The notes below the pieces were generated by a model. That model searched no databases, was not told where the DNA came from, and worked only from the letters and a program-made list of their open reading frames with translations. This document shows, piece by piece, positions 12,378 to 25,473 of a stretch of DNA of 64,000 nt. The position numbers and the translations under genes were made by a program. The DNA comes from Eledone cirrhosa (Eukaryota): assembly GCA_964016885.1 (NCBI GenBank), contig OZ024740.1:416578001-416642000 (forward strand). The letters run 5' to 3'. Within the stretch, counting starts at the first letter, position 1. Every line of letters starts with the position of its first letter.

Positions 12378-12492
12378 CAGAAATAAATGCCTTCTCTGAG
12401 ATCTGAACATTCAAACCAGGATTTTCTCCATTTGTAAAAACAGTATTAAAGAGGACGACACCTAAAAATAGTAGCAGAGTTTTAAGTAACAT
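12378..12492 (-). CDS. LBP/BPI: LBP/BPI-family gene, exon 1 (signal peptide + N-terminus)
   Basis: ATG at 12492 reads MLLKTLLLFLGVVLFNTVFTNG-ENPGLNVQISEKAFIS: a hydrophobic signal peptide followed by an NPG-x-x-x-IS-x-K motif like the BPI/LBP N-terminus (NPGxxxRIxxKGL). Ends at a phase-1 donor G|GTGAGG. Confidence 0.65.
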
Positions 12493-12761
12493 GTTGATAC
12501 GTCCGCTTGGGATGTAGTTGTTTAGATAATGGGACAACAATGAATCTAGTCTCGTGGGTGCGTCCTCAAAATGTATGCACATTGTGTGTATACATTTTTT
12601 GGGACATCCTTTGTGTGTTATATATATATACTAATATATAAAAGGTGGGAGTGTCAAGTAAGATTTAACTCGTCACGTGATTTGTTAATGACACCACTCT
12701 GGCTCATGTGCACTATTATTACTATTTCATGCTTAAAATTGGAACTGGGTCGAGACAAAAG

Positions 12762-12843
<82 letters not shown>

Positions 12844-12845
<2 letters not shown>

Positions 12846-13040
12846 GTAGGAGGTGAGTTTTATTGTAGTACAATAAAGCAATGCAGATATCGGATAAGAA
12901 GCACTCTACAGTTTGTAGGACTGGAGTATACATAATATAAGATCAAAAGATGGTTAAAGGAGTTCCATGTATTTTATTATGCGCATTTCAAAAACAAACG
13001 CATAATAAAATATATGGAACTCCTTTAACCATCTTTTGAT

Positions 13041-13045
<5 letters not shown>
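12844..13045. mobile_element. Fold-back pLTR insert, family A3
   Basis: Inversion turns at ~12998 within helix II of a partial HHR (GAAA-TGCGCA-TA|ATAAAATA). Same family and same start at 49748-50057. Confidence 0.8.
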
Positions 13046-13087
<42 letters not shown>

Positions 13088-13092
13088 GTGTG

Positions 13093-13125
<33 letters not shown>

Positions 13126-13167
13126 CCATATATCTATATATCTAAAACAGTGTGTGTGTGTGTATGA

Positions 13168-13280
<113 letters not shown>

Positions 13281-13416
13281 AAAGTTAAACAAGGTTCAAT
13301 GAATAAATCAAAGAATGAGTTTTACAATAGATTGGAAGCACTCAACAAAAAGGTTTTCCAGAGTTATTAATATTAATTCAAAATATTAACAAAATAGATA
13401 TTCTTGTGATCAAGTA

Positions 13417-13483
13417 TATTTTATTATACATATTTCAGAGGTACTGAGTTAACTTCAACAGTACGTCCTCATCAGATAAAATA
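13417..13483 (-). ncRNA. Type I hammerhead, family A2
   Basis: Reverse copy of 12046-12112 with a perfect GTACTG/CAGTAC pairing in helix II. Confidence 0.85.
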
Positions 13484-13651
13484 AGATGATGCATGACATA
13501 CCCTGACATAGAAGATGGTTAAGATTCAGTCATTGAGTGCTTCCAATCTATTGTAAAACTCATTCTTTGATTTATTCATTGAACCTTGTTTAACTTTTAA
13601 ATATATATATATATTCATACACACACACACACACAGACACACACCCATATA

Positions 13652-13921
13652 TCTATATATCTAAAACAGAGAATGTCTGTCTGTCTGACTCCCTAAAACT
13701 CGAGAACAACCCAACCGATTGTTTTCAAACTTTACACGTGTAATACTTATGGTCTTGTGAGTGTTTCAAATTTTCAATGCCCTAGGGACCGCATTAGGCG
13801 ATTTAGCGATCTCTCTCTATAATTCTTAGTCTTTCTTTTTAGATAGATACATAGATATAACGTTGCGCCCTTATAATATCTGTCTGTATGTCTGGCTGTC
13901 TGCATTACGACATTATGACGC

Positions 13922-13922
<1 letters not shown>
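13652..13922 (+). mobile_element. Non-autonomous Helitron 5' fragment
   Basis: A|TCTATATATCTAAAAC start; homologous to 54212-54492. Confidence 0.7.
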
Positions 13923-13955
<33 letters not shown>

Positions 13956-13961
13956 CATATA

Positions 13962-14026
<65 letters not shown>

Positions 14027-14065
14027 GTAACGTTTAACGTTTTTCGAAATATTTACTTCTGCGTC

Positions 14066-14143
14066 AACAGATTGATTTTTTTAGTTTCAGAAGATCCCGT
14101 TAAGGGTAAAAGCAGCGATTCTTTGCTTAAACTTTAATCTGTT
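14066..14143 (+). ncRNA. Type I hammerhead, family C (U4A core, G12A in this copy)
   Basis: AACAGATTGA..AGTTT-CAGAAGA-TCCC gttaa GGGT-AAAA-GCA..TGC-TT|AAACT-TTAATCTGTT. Confidence 0.6.
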
Positions 14144-14299
14144 ATTTTAATATATATATATATATAGTAATAATAATAAATTTGAAGACTAAATCCAAAG
14201 AGGGCTCGATAAGGATAAATATATATAAAATATATAAGAACCGTAGAGCAAATATTTATTAAAATAACATTAAAGTTTAAGCGAAGAATCGCTGCTTTG

Positions 14300-16180
14300 T
14301 ATCAAATTTCGGAATAGGAGCAATTCCTTCCAGCAGGACCTGAAGAATAGAATCCGTTCTATTAAGCATTCTAATGCCGTGCACGTCCATTCCGACAAAA
14401 TTGGCAACCTATATCAAGTGGAGCGCAGTACTTACCATCAACTACTACATAATCCTGTAACTAAGGATAACCGTAAAACTAATCGGTGCGTCATTAATGA
14501 AATCAACAATGCTGGGTTTAAAATCACCTCTGATCTCAACATCCTGGACCGGACTGAACCTCTGGACCCTATTTCTCCCCACTTTACCCTGAAGGATAAC
14601 AAATCCAATTTTCCGAACAACCCCTCTATTCGGCTTATTAACCCTACGAAGTCCGATTTAGGTAGACTTAGTAAAAGGATTCTTGATAGAATTATACCTG
14701 AAATTAGAAGTTTGGCCCCTCTTGCACTGTGGAACAATTCTTTTGCGGTGATTGATTGGTTCAACGGCATATGCAACAAGGAACATTGCCGTTTTATCCA
14801 ATTCGACATCAACAATTACTACTCCTCCATCACTTTACCACTTCTCCTTAGAGCTATCAATTTCGTTAAAACACTCACAGTGGTTAAGGATTTCGAAGTT
14901 GATGTCATCCTCAATGCCCGTAAGTCGGTGATTAATTTCGACGACTCTATTTGGATTGAAAAATCTAATAGTACCCCATTCGACATGAGTATGGGCGCCA
15001 GCTATTATGCGGAGGTTACTGATCTTATCGACCTTTTCCTTCCTTTCTCTATCAAGGACGAATTCCCCAACGTTGGCGGTGGTTTGTACCGTGATGATGG
15101 TCTTTTGACCATGACCAAGTGCGGCCCACGTGCTTGCGACAGGTTCAGAAAAGAACTCACAGCCTTCTTTAAAGGCTTCAACCCCTCTATACAGGTTGAG
15201 GCCAACCTCTCGGTCGTTAATTACCTCGACGTTACCCTCAATTTATCGAATGGCTTGTATTACCCGTATAGAAAGCCGAATGATACGCTTAATTACATAA
15301 GTAAGCATTCTAACCATCCTGCCAGCATAACCAAGAACCTGGTAAGAAACGTTCCTTTGAGGCTTTCCCGTCTATCTACTAACGAGCATATTTTCAACGA
15401 CCATTCCACATATTACAATGAAGCTCTTGCTCGGAGTGAATTTGTCGATAAGGTAGCATATACAGAGTACGATAATAGACCTAGAAGAAATAGATCCCGA
15501 CGCATTATATGGTATAACCCACCATATAATATGGAGGTGGCCACACCATTAGCTAAGATCTTTCTATCCCTTATTACGAAGCATTTTCCCCCTACACATA
15601 AATATAGTAAAATTTTCAATACAAATACTATTAAAATTTCTTACTCTACGACTCCTAGCTTGCACATAACATCACATCTTCAAATTTAGCTAAACTACCT
15701 AGCCGTAGGAACACGTGCAACCCTGTAGTTAGTACTAACTGTAATTGTAGGAATCGGGTTGGTTGCCCCCTATCCGGGAAATGCCTCTCTAGTAACATTG
15801 TCTACAAATGTAAGGTTGAAACACCCACGTCCCGTAGGGCCTACATAGGATTAACCGCCAATAGATTCAAGCAGCGTCTTTACATGCATACCCATTCTTT
15901 TCGTTACCCTCTAAGAAGGAATATCACGTCACTTTCAGCTTATATCTGGAGTCTAAAAGACAACCACACCCAATATAAGTTACACTGGGAGATCCTAGCT
16001 AGGGCTAGATCGTATAACGGAAATAAAAGACCATGTGACCTCTGCGCCGCTGAAGCCCTGGAAATACTCTACGCCACACACCACATCTTAAACAAAAAAT
16101 CTGAGGCAATTTCAGCTTGTAAACATAAATTGCACAAAACTTTCCTGTATTACAGCCCCACATTATACCCTAACGGATAG
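14300..16180 (+). pseudogene. PLE RT/GIY-YIG ORF (5'-truncated, frameshifted)
   Basis: ORFs 14379-15689 and 15884-16180 plus the intervening frame. Confidence 0.9.
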
Positions 16181-17087
16181 TACGATCTCTACGCGGATAT
16201 TTTACGTCTTGATGTGGTAATTAAGTATATGTTATGTTTATACCATTACTTATTTACCTAAGTAAGTATATATTACCTGTATCTTTTGTGAAGGTACGTA
16301 TACTTTCTCGTACGTATATTTGATTGTATATGTTATGGCGTATATTTTATATATTCTGGTACATATGCTTTTGGTTATGTGTATACGTGAGTTTTGCCTC
16401 TGTGTCAGTATGCGGTTTCGTACGTATGTAGGGTGTGTGTATATGTGTACTTCGTGTTTTGGTTGACGTACGTCTCCGAATATATGTGTATTTACATGTA
16501 GGTATGTGTGTGCGCTAGTTATATACGTATTTATTTATTTATATACGTTTATTTAATTATTTGTATACACGCAAACACACACACATATTTATATGCGTGT
16601 ATTTGTATACCTATGGCGAGTGTTTTCGCGTATGCTTGTGTATGTACGTATATGGATGCGTGTATGTATTTATTTAATTTCAATTACCTCTGTATTTTAT
16701 TTACTTTATTCTTAACTCTGAAGCCAAGAATCATTCGGTTTCCTAGTTAGAATTTTAGTCTACGACTTCAGTTATACCATTTACGTGGTTTTGTCTTTGC
16801 GTGCAATTGTTCTCCACGCTCCACATATGACGTATTATCTTCGTTTTTTCCGTTCATTGCCAGAGAACGTCTCTATGAACCACCTAAGAGAATATTAGTC
16901 TACTACTTCTTTTATACCATAAACGTGGTTTTGTCTTTGCGTGTAATTGTTTTTCACCGTTCCTATTAATGACGTATTATATTCGTTTTTTCCCGTTCTT
17001 TGCCAGGGAACGTTTCCACGAACCAAAGTATCGTCTTCCTGTCTTCCTCCGGTTGCAACGTTTTTTGAAATATTCACTTCTGCGTTC

Positions 17088-17162
17088 ACAGATTGACTTT
17101 GTTAGTTTCAGAAGATCCCGTTAAGGGTGAAAGCAGCGATTCTTTGCTTAAACTTAATCTGT
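17088..17162 (+). ncRNA. Type I hammerhead, family C (U4A core, GAAA intact)
   Basis: ACAGATTG..AGTTT-CAGAAGA-TCCC gttaa GGGT-GAAA-GCAgcgattctTTGC-TT|AAACT-TAATCTGT, in the 3' pLTR. Confidence 0.7.
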
Positions 17163-17191
17163 CATTTTAATAAATAAATAAATATATATAT

Positions 17192-18117
17192 TTCGTTTCT
17201 GAATTTGTTTAGCAAGATTCTTTATCTGAAATCGTGTGTTGAAACCGATATTGTTATACTTTGGGAGGGTCATGCTGCCAATAAGAAACACACGCACCAG
17301 TTGCTTTCACTTCAATTTATTATATATTTATAAATTTATAAATTTACAAATCTACAAACTTATATAACCTGTAAAATAAGCCCCCATATTAACTGTAAAA
17401 CTAGAAATATAGTGTATAGCATAAGATGTACTGAAGGACAATGTAGAAACAAAAATATAGTGTACATAGGTGAGACAGCTCGTAGTATAGGGGAACGGAT
17501 AAATGAACACTGGCGAGACCTTCAAGATAATAAAGAATCATCTGTACTCTACCAACATGCTAAGATAGAACACAAGGGTAAATTAGAGAACATAGAAATA
17601 AAAATAGAATCCACACACAGAAAAGATGCAATGTTTAGGCAAATTACAGAGACAGTAAGCATAAAAGAATTACAACCAAAATTAAATAGAAAATATGAGT
17701 GGAACAGCAACATCACAACTTACAATTAAGGACAAAATGAAAACACACACACACATAGAACAAACAACCAACCAACAACATGTAAATAAATAAACAAATA
17801 GATAAATGAACACAAACACACACAGACACCCGGATGTGGCGCATGCGCAAACTGAGCACACAACACACACACAGAAACAAAATGGCGTAGGACAGAAGAA
17901 AGGAAAGGCACAGAAACAAACAAAGAAAGGAATCCCCAGTCACTGAAGAGGTCACAGAGTGTGTAATGAAAGGACTATGACTATATATAAACAACTATCT
18001 GGTTGTGGAACCAACCAACCAACCAGAGATTTATAAATTTATAAGTTTGTAGACTTGAAGTGAAAGCAACTGGTGCGTGTGTTTCTTATTGGCAGCATGA
18101 CCCTCCCAAAGTATAAA

Positions 18118-18120
<3 letters not shown>
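17192..18120 (+). mobile_element. 5'-truncated PLE with inverted 5' pLTR (Neptune/Nematis-type)
   Basis: GIY-YIG NIVYSIRC..YIGETARS..ERI.EH at 17368-17729; 17255-17365 is inverted relative to 18030-18115. Confidence 0.85.
17938..17982 (+). ncRNA. Minimal type I hammerhead (helix II partly decayed)
   Basis: AGTCA-CTGAAGA-GGTCACA gag TGTGTAAT-GAAA-GGAC-TA|TGACT. Confidence 0.65.
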
Positions 18121-18170
<50 letters not shown>

Positions 18171-18346
18171 GTTCAAGAGTAACCAATCTTAAAGAGAGAG
18201 TTTGAGATAGTAGAGGAGATATGAGAGGAAAGATTGGTGAGTTAGTTAGAAGCCAAAGCGTAAAGGCATGTGCTCAATGTGCAATATGCAGTAGAAAGCA
18301 GCTAGGTGGCTGGGTTCATGCAGAGGTTAGGTGCGCAGAGCTGGAA

Positions 18347-19517
18347 ATATTCATTAGTTAAGCAAAACAAGACCACAAATTTCACAAGGAAGACATTATT
18401 AAAAGATTGTCAACATATTTAGTTTGATGTAAGGAATGTAGAGAATAATAATAATAATAATATTAATAATAATAATGCCCGTTTACAATTGTTCGGCTAC
18501 TCCGTATAATATTTCTGGATCAGATGACTATGTATCATAATTGATCTGGTTCAGTTGAAAATAATTAACATATTTAAAAAAACAGAGTGGCTCATCGGAA
18601 CTCAAAGGAATATAAATTAAAATAATGTTACATAATATAACCTAGCAACAGATGTTCGACATCGCTAGCTTGGCTTATTAAAAACCTTAAATTAAACAAA
18701 GTTCAACACTCACTAAAATGGGATATCGTAGCTAGGGCACAACCGTTCAATGGACGAAGGAAATCTTGTGATCTCTGTGTTACGGAAGCGTATTACATAA
18801 CTCTATCAAGACCTCTACCAATTAACGATAGAACTGAGGTAACCATTAGCTGTCAACATCGAAGGGCTAATTCCTTTGCCAATAGAGTTGTTGACCCAAC
18901 TTAGTCATGTAGCCCCATCTCTAATTGTAGCTAATAAGTTAAATTGCTATGAACAACTCGATAATTATAAGTTATCTCCCTTACATTGTCTCTCAATTAA
19001 ATAATTTAAATACTAGCACTTAACTATAAAATACACACAATCTCTAATCTTTCGAGAAGTTACTTCCCCTGAAACCACCCTCTAATTAGTAAGGTAAATA
19101 TGCCCTTTGGCAGTCATCTTGTTACCCATAGGCAGATCTCACACAATGCACTCGACAGATGAGTACTGCTTGATTATGGCTGACAGCTGATGAAACAAAG
19201 GCACCATAGTAAAAACTAATATATGGAACATTATATTATGTAACATTATTTTAATTTATATTCCTTTGAGTTCCGATGAGCCACTCTGTTTTTTTAAATA
19301 TGTTAATTATTTTCAACTGAACCAGATCAATTATGATACATAGTCATCTGATCCAGAAATATTATACGGAGTAGCGAAACAATTGTAAACGGGCATTATT
19401 ATTATTAATATTATTATTATTATTATTCTCTACATTCCTTACATCAAACTAAATATGTTGACAATCTTTTAATAATGTCTTCCTTGTGAAATTTGTGGTC
19501 TTGTTTTGCTTAACTAA

Positions 19518-19524
<7 letters not shown>
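18347..19524. mobile_element. Fold-back pLTR insert with 294-bp inverted arms
   Basis: 18347-18640 is inverted at 19231-19524 with a 590-bp spacer, ending at (TA)n. Each arm holds an HHR. Confidence 0.85.
19270..19390 (+). ncRNA. Type I hammerhead with U4C core and ~95-nt helix II domain
   Basis: GTT-CCGATGA-GCCACTCTGT..(76 nt)..ACGGAGTAGC-GAAA-CAATTG-TA|AAC. The mirror copy at 18481-18601 (-) has GAAA altered. Confidence 0.7.
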
Positions 19525-19559
<35 letters not shown>

Positions 19560-19764
19560 AGACAAATGTGAGAAAAACCACAGATGTGAGAAAAACCACA
19601 AGATGTGAGAAATACCACAAGATGTGAGAAAAACCACGGACCCTCCATCTCAACTCACCTTTTGAAAAGCAGAAGAACTGCGAAACCGGTAAAGGAACCA
19701 AATAAATATATATATTTTAAAAAGAAATAAGACTTCAGTTGCATTTTCGATTTCATCTCTTTTT

Positions 19765-19819
<55 letters not shown>

Positions 19820-19821
<2 letters not shown>

Positions 19822-20803
19822 GAGTTAGGCCTTAGGATAACAGTAGCCACCAACCTCTCTAGCGTAGATTTCTTAGACATTAATTTAGACCTTCGCACAC
19901 ACACCCACAGAACCTTCCATAAGCTAAACGAGAAACTTACTTACATTCACAAGGACTCATGCCACCCTCCCACTGTTTTTAGAAACTTCGTTAAGAATAT
20001 CAGTACTAGAATCTCAACCTCTCCTCTAATAAGGCTATCTTTGACAGGGCGGCACCCTACTATAACACGGCGTTGGCTTCTCGCAACCTATCACCTACTC
20101 TCCCACTAGCAACAACACCATTAAGAAAAGTAAGCGCATCAATAGACTAACTATCTGGTTCTCTCCTCCCTTCTCACTCAACGTTAAAACCAATGTAGGA
20201 AAAAAATTTCTAGCCCTCTTAGATAGACACTTCGCCATAGGTCATAAATACCGCTCCATCTTTAACCGACACAAAGTTAAACTAGGATACTCCTGCGCTA
20301 AGAACATGAAGGCCCACATCACCAGCAGCCCTGGGAGCAACACCCCACTAGGGTGTTCTTGCCGTAAGCCTGAAGCTTGCCCCCTTCAACAGCAATGCAA
20401 CACACCAGCTCTAATCTATGAAGCTGTGGTCACTTCCAACCGACCAAACGAACCACAGGAGGTCAAATCCTATGTGGGCATGGCGGAGGGCCGATTCAAG
20501 GAGCGTTTCCTGAACCACCAGTCTACCTTCAGATACCCGGACAGACGTTCATCCACGAAACTCGCGAGCCACGTATGGTCCCTCAAGAACTCAAGTATAG
20601 GCTACTTCATTCAATGGAAAGCCATCACTAAGTTCAAGCCATACGCAAGGGGAAATCTGACGTGTGGCTTATGTATCGACGAACGAATAGCTATCCTAAA
20701 GAGTTTACGCAATAGTGATTGCCTAAACACGAGAAGTGAATTTTTCACACGTTGTCCACACGTCACCAAACATATATTGCATAACTACAAGGCTCCGGAC
20801 TGA
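19820..20803 (+). mobile_element. Naiad-type PLE, 5'-truncated RT-thumb + GIY-YIG
   Basis: VDFLDI, SCHPP, IWFSPPF, CSCRKPEAC (CxCx5C), LIYEA...YVG, FKER..NH. Starts at (TA)n; the 3' UTR with tandem repeats (21230-21510) probably extends toward 22455. Confidence 0.85.
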
Positions 20804-22639
20804 TTCTTTGTAATTTTATTTTTAATTTTTTTAAATTTTATTTTCAACCTAAAAACTTTCCGGACTTTCGCACTTATCTCCCTTGTGCCGCCCCAAATCA
20901 TCCCAACTTCAGAATCTTTCCCCTCTACAAATTTAAAGATAATGCCACCCACACCCAGTGCATCAGCAAGGAATCTTACTTTATTAACAAATACGGACCC
21001 GTCTAAACACTTCTCCCTAAGACGAACCCACAACATACACACGTCAACATACATACCTACATCAGTATACATCTCTACCCACATATAAACACAATGACAT
21101 ACGTAAACACACATGTTCTATGGTGCAACACAAATATACACAAATTTGCATACCTTTTGATGTCTATAGATATAAACGTGCCGACACACACACATACATA
21201 AACGCACACATGCATTGCACACTGATGGGCACATACATATTTGTGCACAGGTGTTCCAATACGGCGGGGCCTAATGAATTCCCCTTGCAGTACGTATAAT
21301 CTGGACACACTCCAGATACATATTTGTGCACAGATATACAATTTCTGGACATACTCCAGATACATGTGTACAATTTGTGCACAGGTATACAATTTGTGCA
21401 CAGGTATACAATTTCTGGACACACTCCAGATACATATTTGTGCACAGGTATTCCAATACGGCAGGGCCTGATAGATCCCCCTTGCGGTACGTGCAGTCTG
21501 GACGCACTCACACACACCTTGGTATTATGCCAATACTATATATCATTTCACACCTTTTATTATTAAGGTTTTTGATGTTCTATTGAGAGAATCGATTTTA
21601 CTGAAAATATCGAATAATGTACACAATTTTAACAGAAATAAATACTGATCCACCCACACACACACACATTCTCTCTCACACACACACACACACACATATA
21701 TACACACACACATACACACGCGTACATTAACATACAAAGAGACATACACACACACACACACTTCTCCGTATAAGACAAGAGCTGAAAAAATATCTTTTAA
21801 CATGTTAAAATATCCCCCACACACTTACAGACACATTCCTACTGACCATCCCTCTACCACGAATTACTCTGCTACACACACACACACACACACACACACA
21901 TGTCTTAATAGGCATTTGAACTGTCAACAGGCTGCGGTTCGCACACACATCCCTGCTGACCATTATCACAACAACGAACCTCTTTACTACTATTACACAC
22001 ACACACATATTTGTTTTGAAAGACTTATTTCTCAGCGACTTCTCAATCAGCCGACACAAACCTACATTTGGCGCAAAATCAATTTTTTACATTCACATGA
22101 CCTCTACCGACCAATCAAAATTGTTTTGACCACAAGAATTTTTGCAACACGAATTGGCGCAAAACTTATTTTAATACCGCTGGAGCCACTTTTTTAACAT
22201 AAAAACAGGTAGAATTCCCAAAACTAATCAGATCAGAGCAAACATCACGGACGCTCTATCTCAAAATTATTTTTGAAAAGCATTAGAAATGCGCAACCGT
22301 TAAGACTTAAAACCAAAACTTAATACTAACCAATACTATTACTAATTATCACTTATTCCTAATTAAACTATTTTTCATTGTGAACAATTTGTCAGCATTT
22401 TCTATTCCGTTTACCAATATATGATAACTTGTGTGTTACACCTCTATTCTTTTAAATATATATATATATATATATATAGGAGGAAGTTATAGTTCACTTG
22501 AAGCATTGTGTAATGAGGTATAAACGTTCGTATATGTATAATAAAGCCAAAACAATGCAGGTATGGACATAGAATAAAGAATGCAAATGCAAAAGATATT
22601 GTTGACAATTAGTCTTTTACCTTAAATTTATTTAAATGT

Positions 22640-22674
22640 CCTTAATTTTCGAGATAATATCTCTTCTTCGGAGG
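22640..22674 (-). ncRNA. Very small hammerhead, U4C core
   Basis: CCT-CCGAAGA-A-GAGAT att ATCTC-GAAA-AT-TA|AGG. Confidence 0.65.
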
Positions 22675-22835
22675 GAAGTAAAGCGGTTAAACCAGTGTTC
22701 TAAATAGCTTGCCAAGTCATGCTGACAGGAAATGGTATAGAGTATCTGTTCTATCTCTAATGTCAAAGAGTTAAGGTCAGGTGGATAAAGAGTAGTCTCC
22801 CTTTAAAAGGGGTTTTATTGTACATGTCTGTTTAA

Positions 22836-25218
22836 GTGTGTGGGAGAATGCGTGAAGGTGTAAGTAGAGAAGACTATCAAGTGGCCAGGAGGGAAGCTAG
22901 GAGAGAAGTGTACATCGCAAGAAGGGAAGCAGAGGAAAGAAAGTTCAAGCATGTTCTACAACGTGAGGACCAAAAACGTGAGGTGTTCAGGATTGCTAGG
23001 CAATGTGTCAAGGAAAACAGTGATATTGTCGGGGAGAAGTGTGTACTTAACGATGACGGCGTACTTGCCATCACCGACGCCGATAAGAAGGTAGCTTGGA
23101 AGTGTCACTATGAAAGGCTACTAAATGAGGAGAATAAATGGGAGAAAGACAGTCTCCCCCACATCGACCCAATAGAGGGACCAGCAGTGTTAGTCGAAGG
23201 TAGTATAATAAGTAAGGCAATCAAAGATATGAAGACAGGCAAGGCGGCTGGGCCTTCGGAAATAGTTGCCGAGATGCTGAAGGCATCTGGTACGGTGGGA
23301 CACACCATGGTCACCCGGATAGTCAACCAAGTCATACAGAATGGGGTTGTTCCGAAGGACTGGCGTAGCAGCATTATCGTTAACTGTTATAAGGGTAAAG
23401 GAGATGCCCTAGATAGGAGTAACTATAGAGGCATTAAATTAATCGACCAGGTCATGAAGGTCACGGAAAAAGTAATAGCGCAACTAATCAGAGAGCGAAT
23501 TGATCTAGATGAAATGCAGTTCGGGTTTGTGTCAGGAAAAAGTACCACAGACGCTCTTTTCATTGTACGACAACTACAGGAGAAGTACCTAGCTAAAAGT
23601 AAACCCCTATACTTAGCTTTCGTCGACTTGGAGAAGGCCTTCGACAGAGTCCCCCGTTCCATTATCTGGTGGGCTCTTAGAAAACTAGGTGTTGATGAAT
23701 GGCTTGTGAGAGCTATACAAGCCATGTATAAAGAAACAGTCAGCAAGGTTAGAATTAACAACGAATATAGTGAAGAGTTTAGTGTAAAAGTTGGTGTTCA
23801 TCAGGGCTCTGTTCTTAGCCCCCTACTATTTATTATTGCCCTCCAGGCTATAACAGTGGAGTTCAAGACCGGCTGCCCATGGGAACTCCTATACGCAGAT
23901 GATCTAACGCTCATAGCTGAATCAATGGCCGAGCTAGAGAAGAAATTCCAAACATGGAAGCACGGCCTAGAATCAAAAGGCCTTAAAATTAACCTGGTTA
24001 AGACTAAAGTTCTAGTCTGTAAGAAAGAAAATAAGGCGGCGGTCCCCTCCGGGAAGTGGCCATGCGCAGAGTGTAGGAAAGGCGTAGGTAGAAACTCCAT
24101 TTTGTGTCCCAAATGCAAAGTTTGGGTGCATAAAAGATGTAGTGGGATCACAGGTAAGCTAACTAAGAACATAGATTTTACATGTGGCCGGTGTTCTGGC
24201 GCAATAAGTAGCAGCAAGTGCCCACAAAATACTAGCTCTTTCAACTGCTCAGAGGGTTCTATAGAAATAGTGGACAGCTTCCGTTACCTGGGTGACAAAA
24301 TCAGCAGTGGGGGAGGGCGCTCTGAAAGTACAGTAGCTAGAGTCAGAACTGGGTGGAAAAAATTCAGAGAGCTTATACCACTATTAGCCGCTAAAGGGTT
24401 CTCCCTAAAAATGAAAGCAGGTTGTACGATGCCTGCATACGAACAGCAATGTTGCATGGCAGTGAGACCTGGGCATTGTGTGCAGAAGATATACGCAGAC
24501 TAAAGAGAAACGAAGCTTGCATGCTCCGCTGGATGTGTAATAGTAATATACGTGAACGACAAAGCATAAACGAACTAAGGAAAAAATTAGAAATAAGAGG
24601 GATCAGATGTTGTCTACTCGAGAGAAGGCTACGCTGGTATGGTCACGTGATGCGCATGAAGGACGATAGCTGTATAACAAAGTGCAGGGCAATAAAGATA
24701 GACGGTAGCCACGGAATAGGCAGACCCAGAAAAACCTGGGACGAGCTGATAAACTCCGACCTCGCACACTTACACCTCACCAAGACAATGTCACTGGACC
24801 GAGATCTTTGGCGGTACTCAGTAATAGAGAAGACCCGCCTTACCTAAATACAAAGTAAAACCTACTACAGTCAGTAGGCATCTCTAACAAAATACACCCC
24901 CGTCCCACCACCCCACCCCATCCACACCGCCCCCTTCTATGTAAAGTTATGTTGGTGCCACACCATCCAGGCCGAAACAAATGAGATCGTGTAGGTGTCA
25001 CGACAAAAAAACACACAGTCCACGCTGTAATGTGGCCGTGTAGGCAACACGGTAAAAACCTCCCAGACCCACACTGTAAATGTGGTTGGTGTTAGGAAGG
25101 GCATCCAACTGTAGACAACCTGCCAGACAGTCCTATGCGAGCAAGACAGTCACTCTTGCCTCAAGTGGGAAAACCCCCGTCCAAACCCATGCAAGCGTGG
25201 AACACGGACGTTAAACGT

Positions 25219-25251
<33 letters not shown>
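22836..25251 (+). mobile_element. RTE-clade LINE, 5'-truncated
   Basis: RT motifs KAAGPS, NYRGIKL, QFGF, FVDLEKAFDRV, QGSVLSP, YADD; Cys/His finger; one frameshift near 24420; RLRWYGHV.R and GRPRKTW; (GAT)n tail 25220-25251. Confidence 0.92.
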
Positions 25252-25252
<1 letters not shown>

Positions 25253-25473
25253 ATATATATATATATATATATATATAGTATTAGTTATACTATTTATGGT
25301 TATGTAAATACAAAACCTTAAGCAGTTGTAAGTATTTTACACACACCCTAAATAGTGGTAGGCAGTAATGTATTATTACCAGTAAGTTAAGTAGCTCAAT
25401 GTAAAAACATCAGATGATTTACAGAGCAGTTATATGAGGTATAAGAATCAAAGAACTGTTCAAAACATTATTG

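Larger units (their letters stand above)
14165..17170 (+). mobile_element. Naiad-type Penelope-like element: inverted 5' pLTR + RT + GIY-YIG + 3' pLTR
   Basis: RT with SDK, FDI..YYSSI and YRDD motifs; IIWYNPPY; frameshift near 15680; CNCRNRVGC (CxCx5C) linker; IVYKC...YIG endonuclease ending at 16180. 14165-14298 is an inverted pLTR copy. Confidence 0.9.

Noticed and set aside
19556-19637. Short regularly spaced repeats (also 21230-21510, 47960-48180, 61727-62030) as CRISPR-like arrays
   Set aside because: Tandem units without unique spacers, eukaryotic context, no cas genes.
15720-20803. Selenocysteine (UGA) use, as reported for some Naiad elements
   Set aside because: The CxCx5C and endonuclease Cys positions in both elements are TGT/TGC; the ORF breaks are frameshifts.
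22245-22300. GAAA-TGCGCA-AC-CGT, and similar remnants near 21580-21630, 29950-30000 and 34360-34440
   Set aside because: Core or helix I is missing; plausible dead ribozymes but not supportable.
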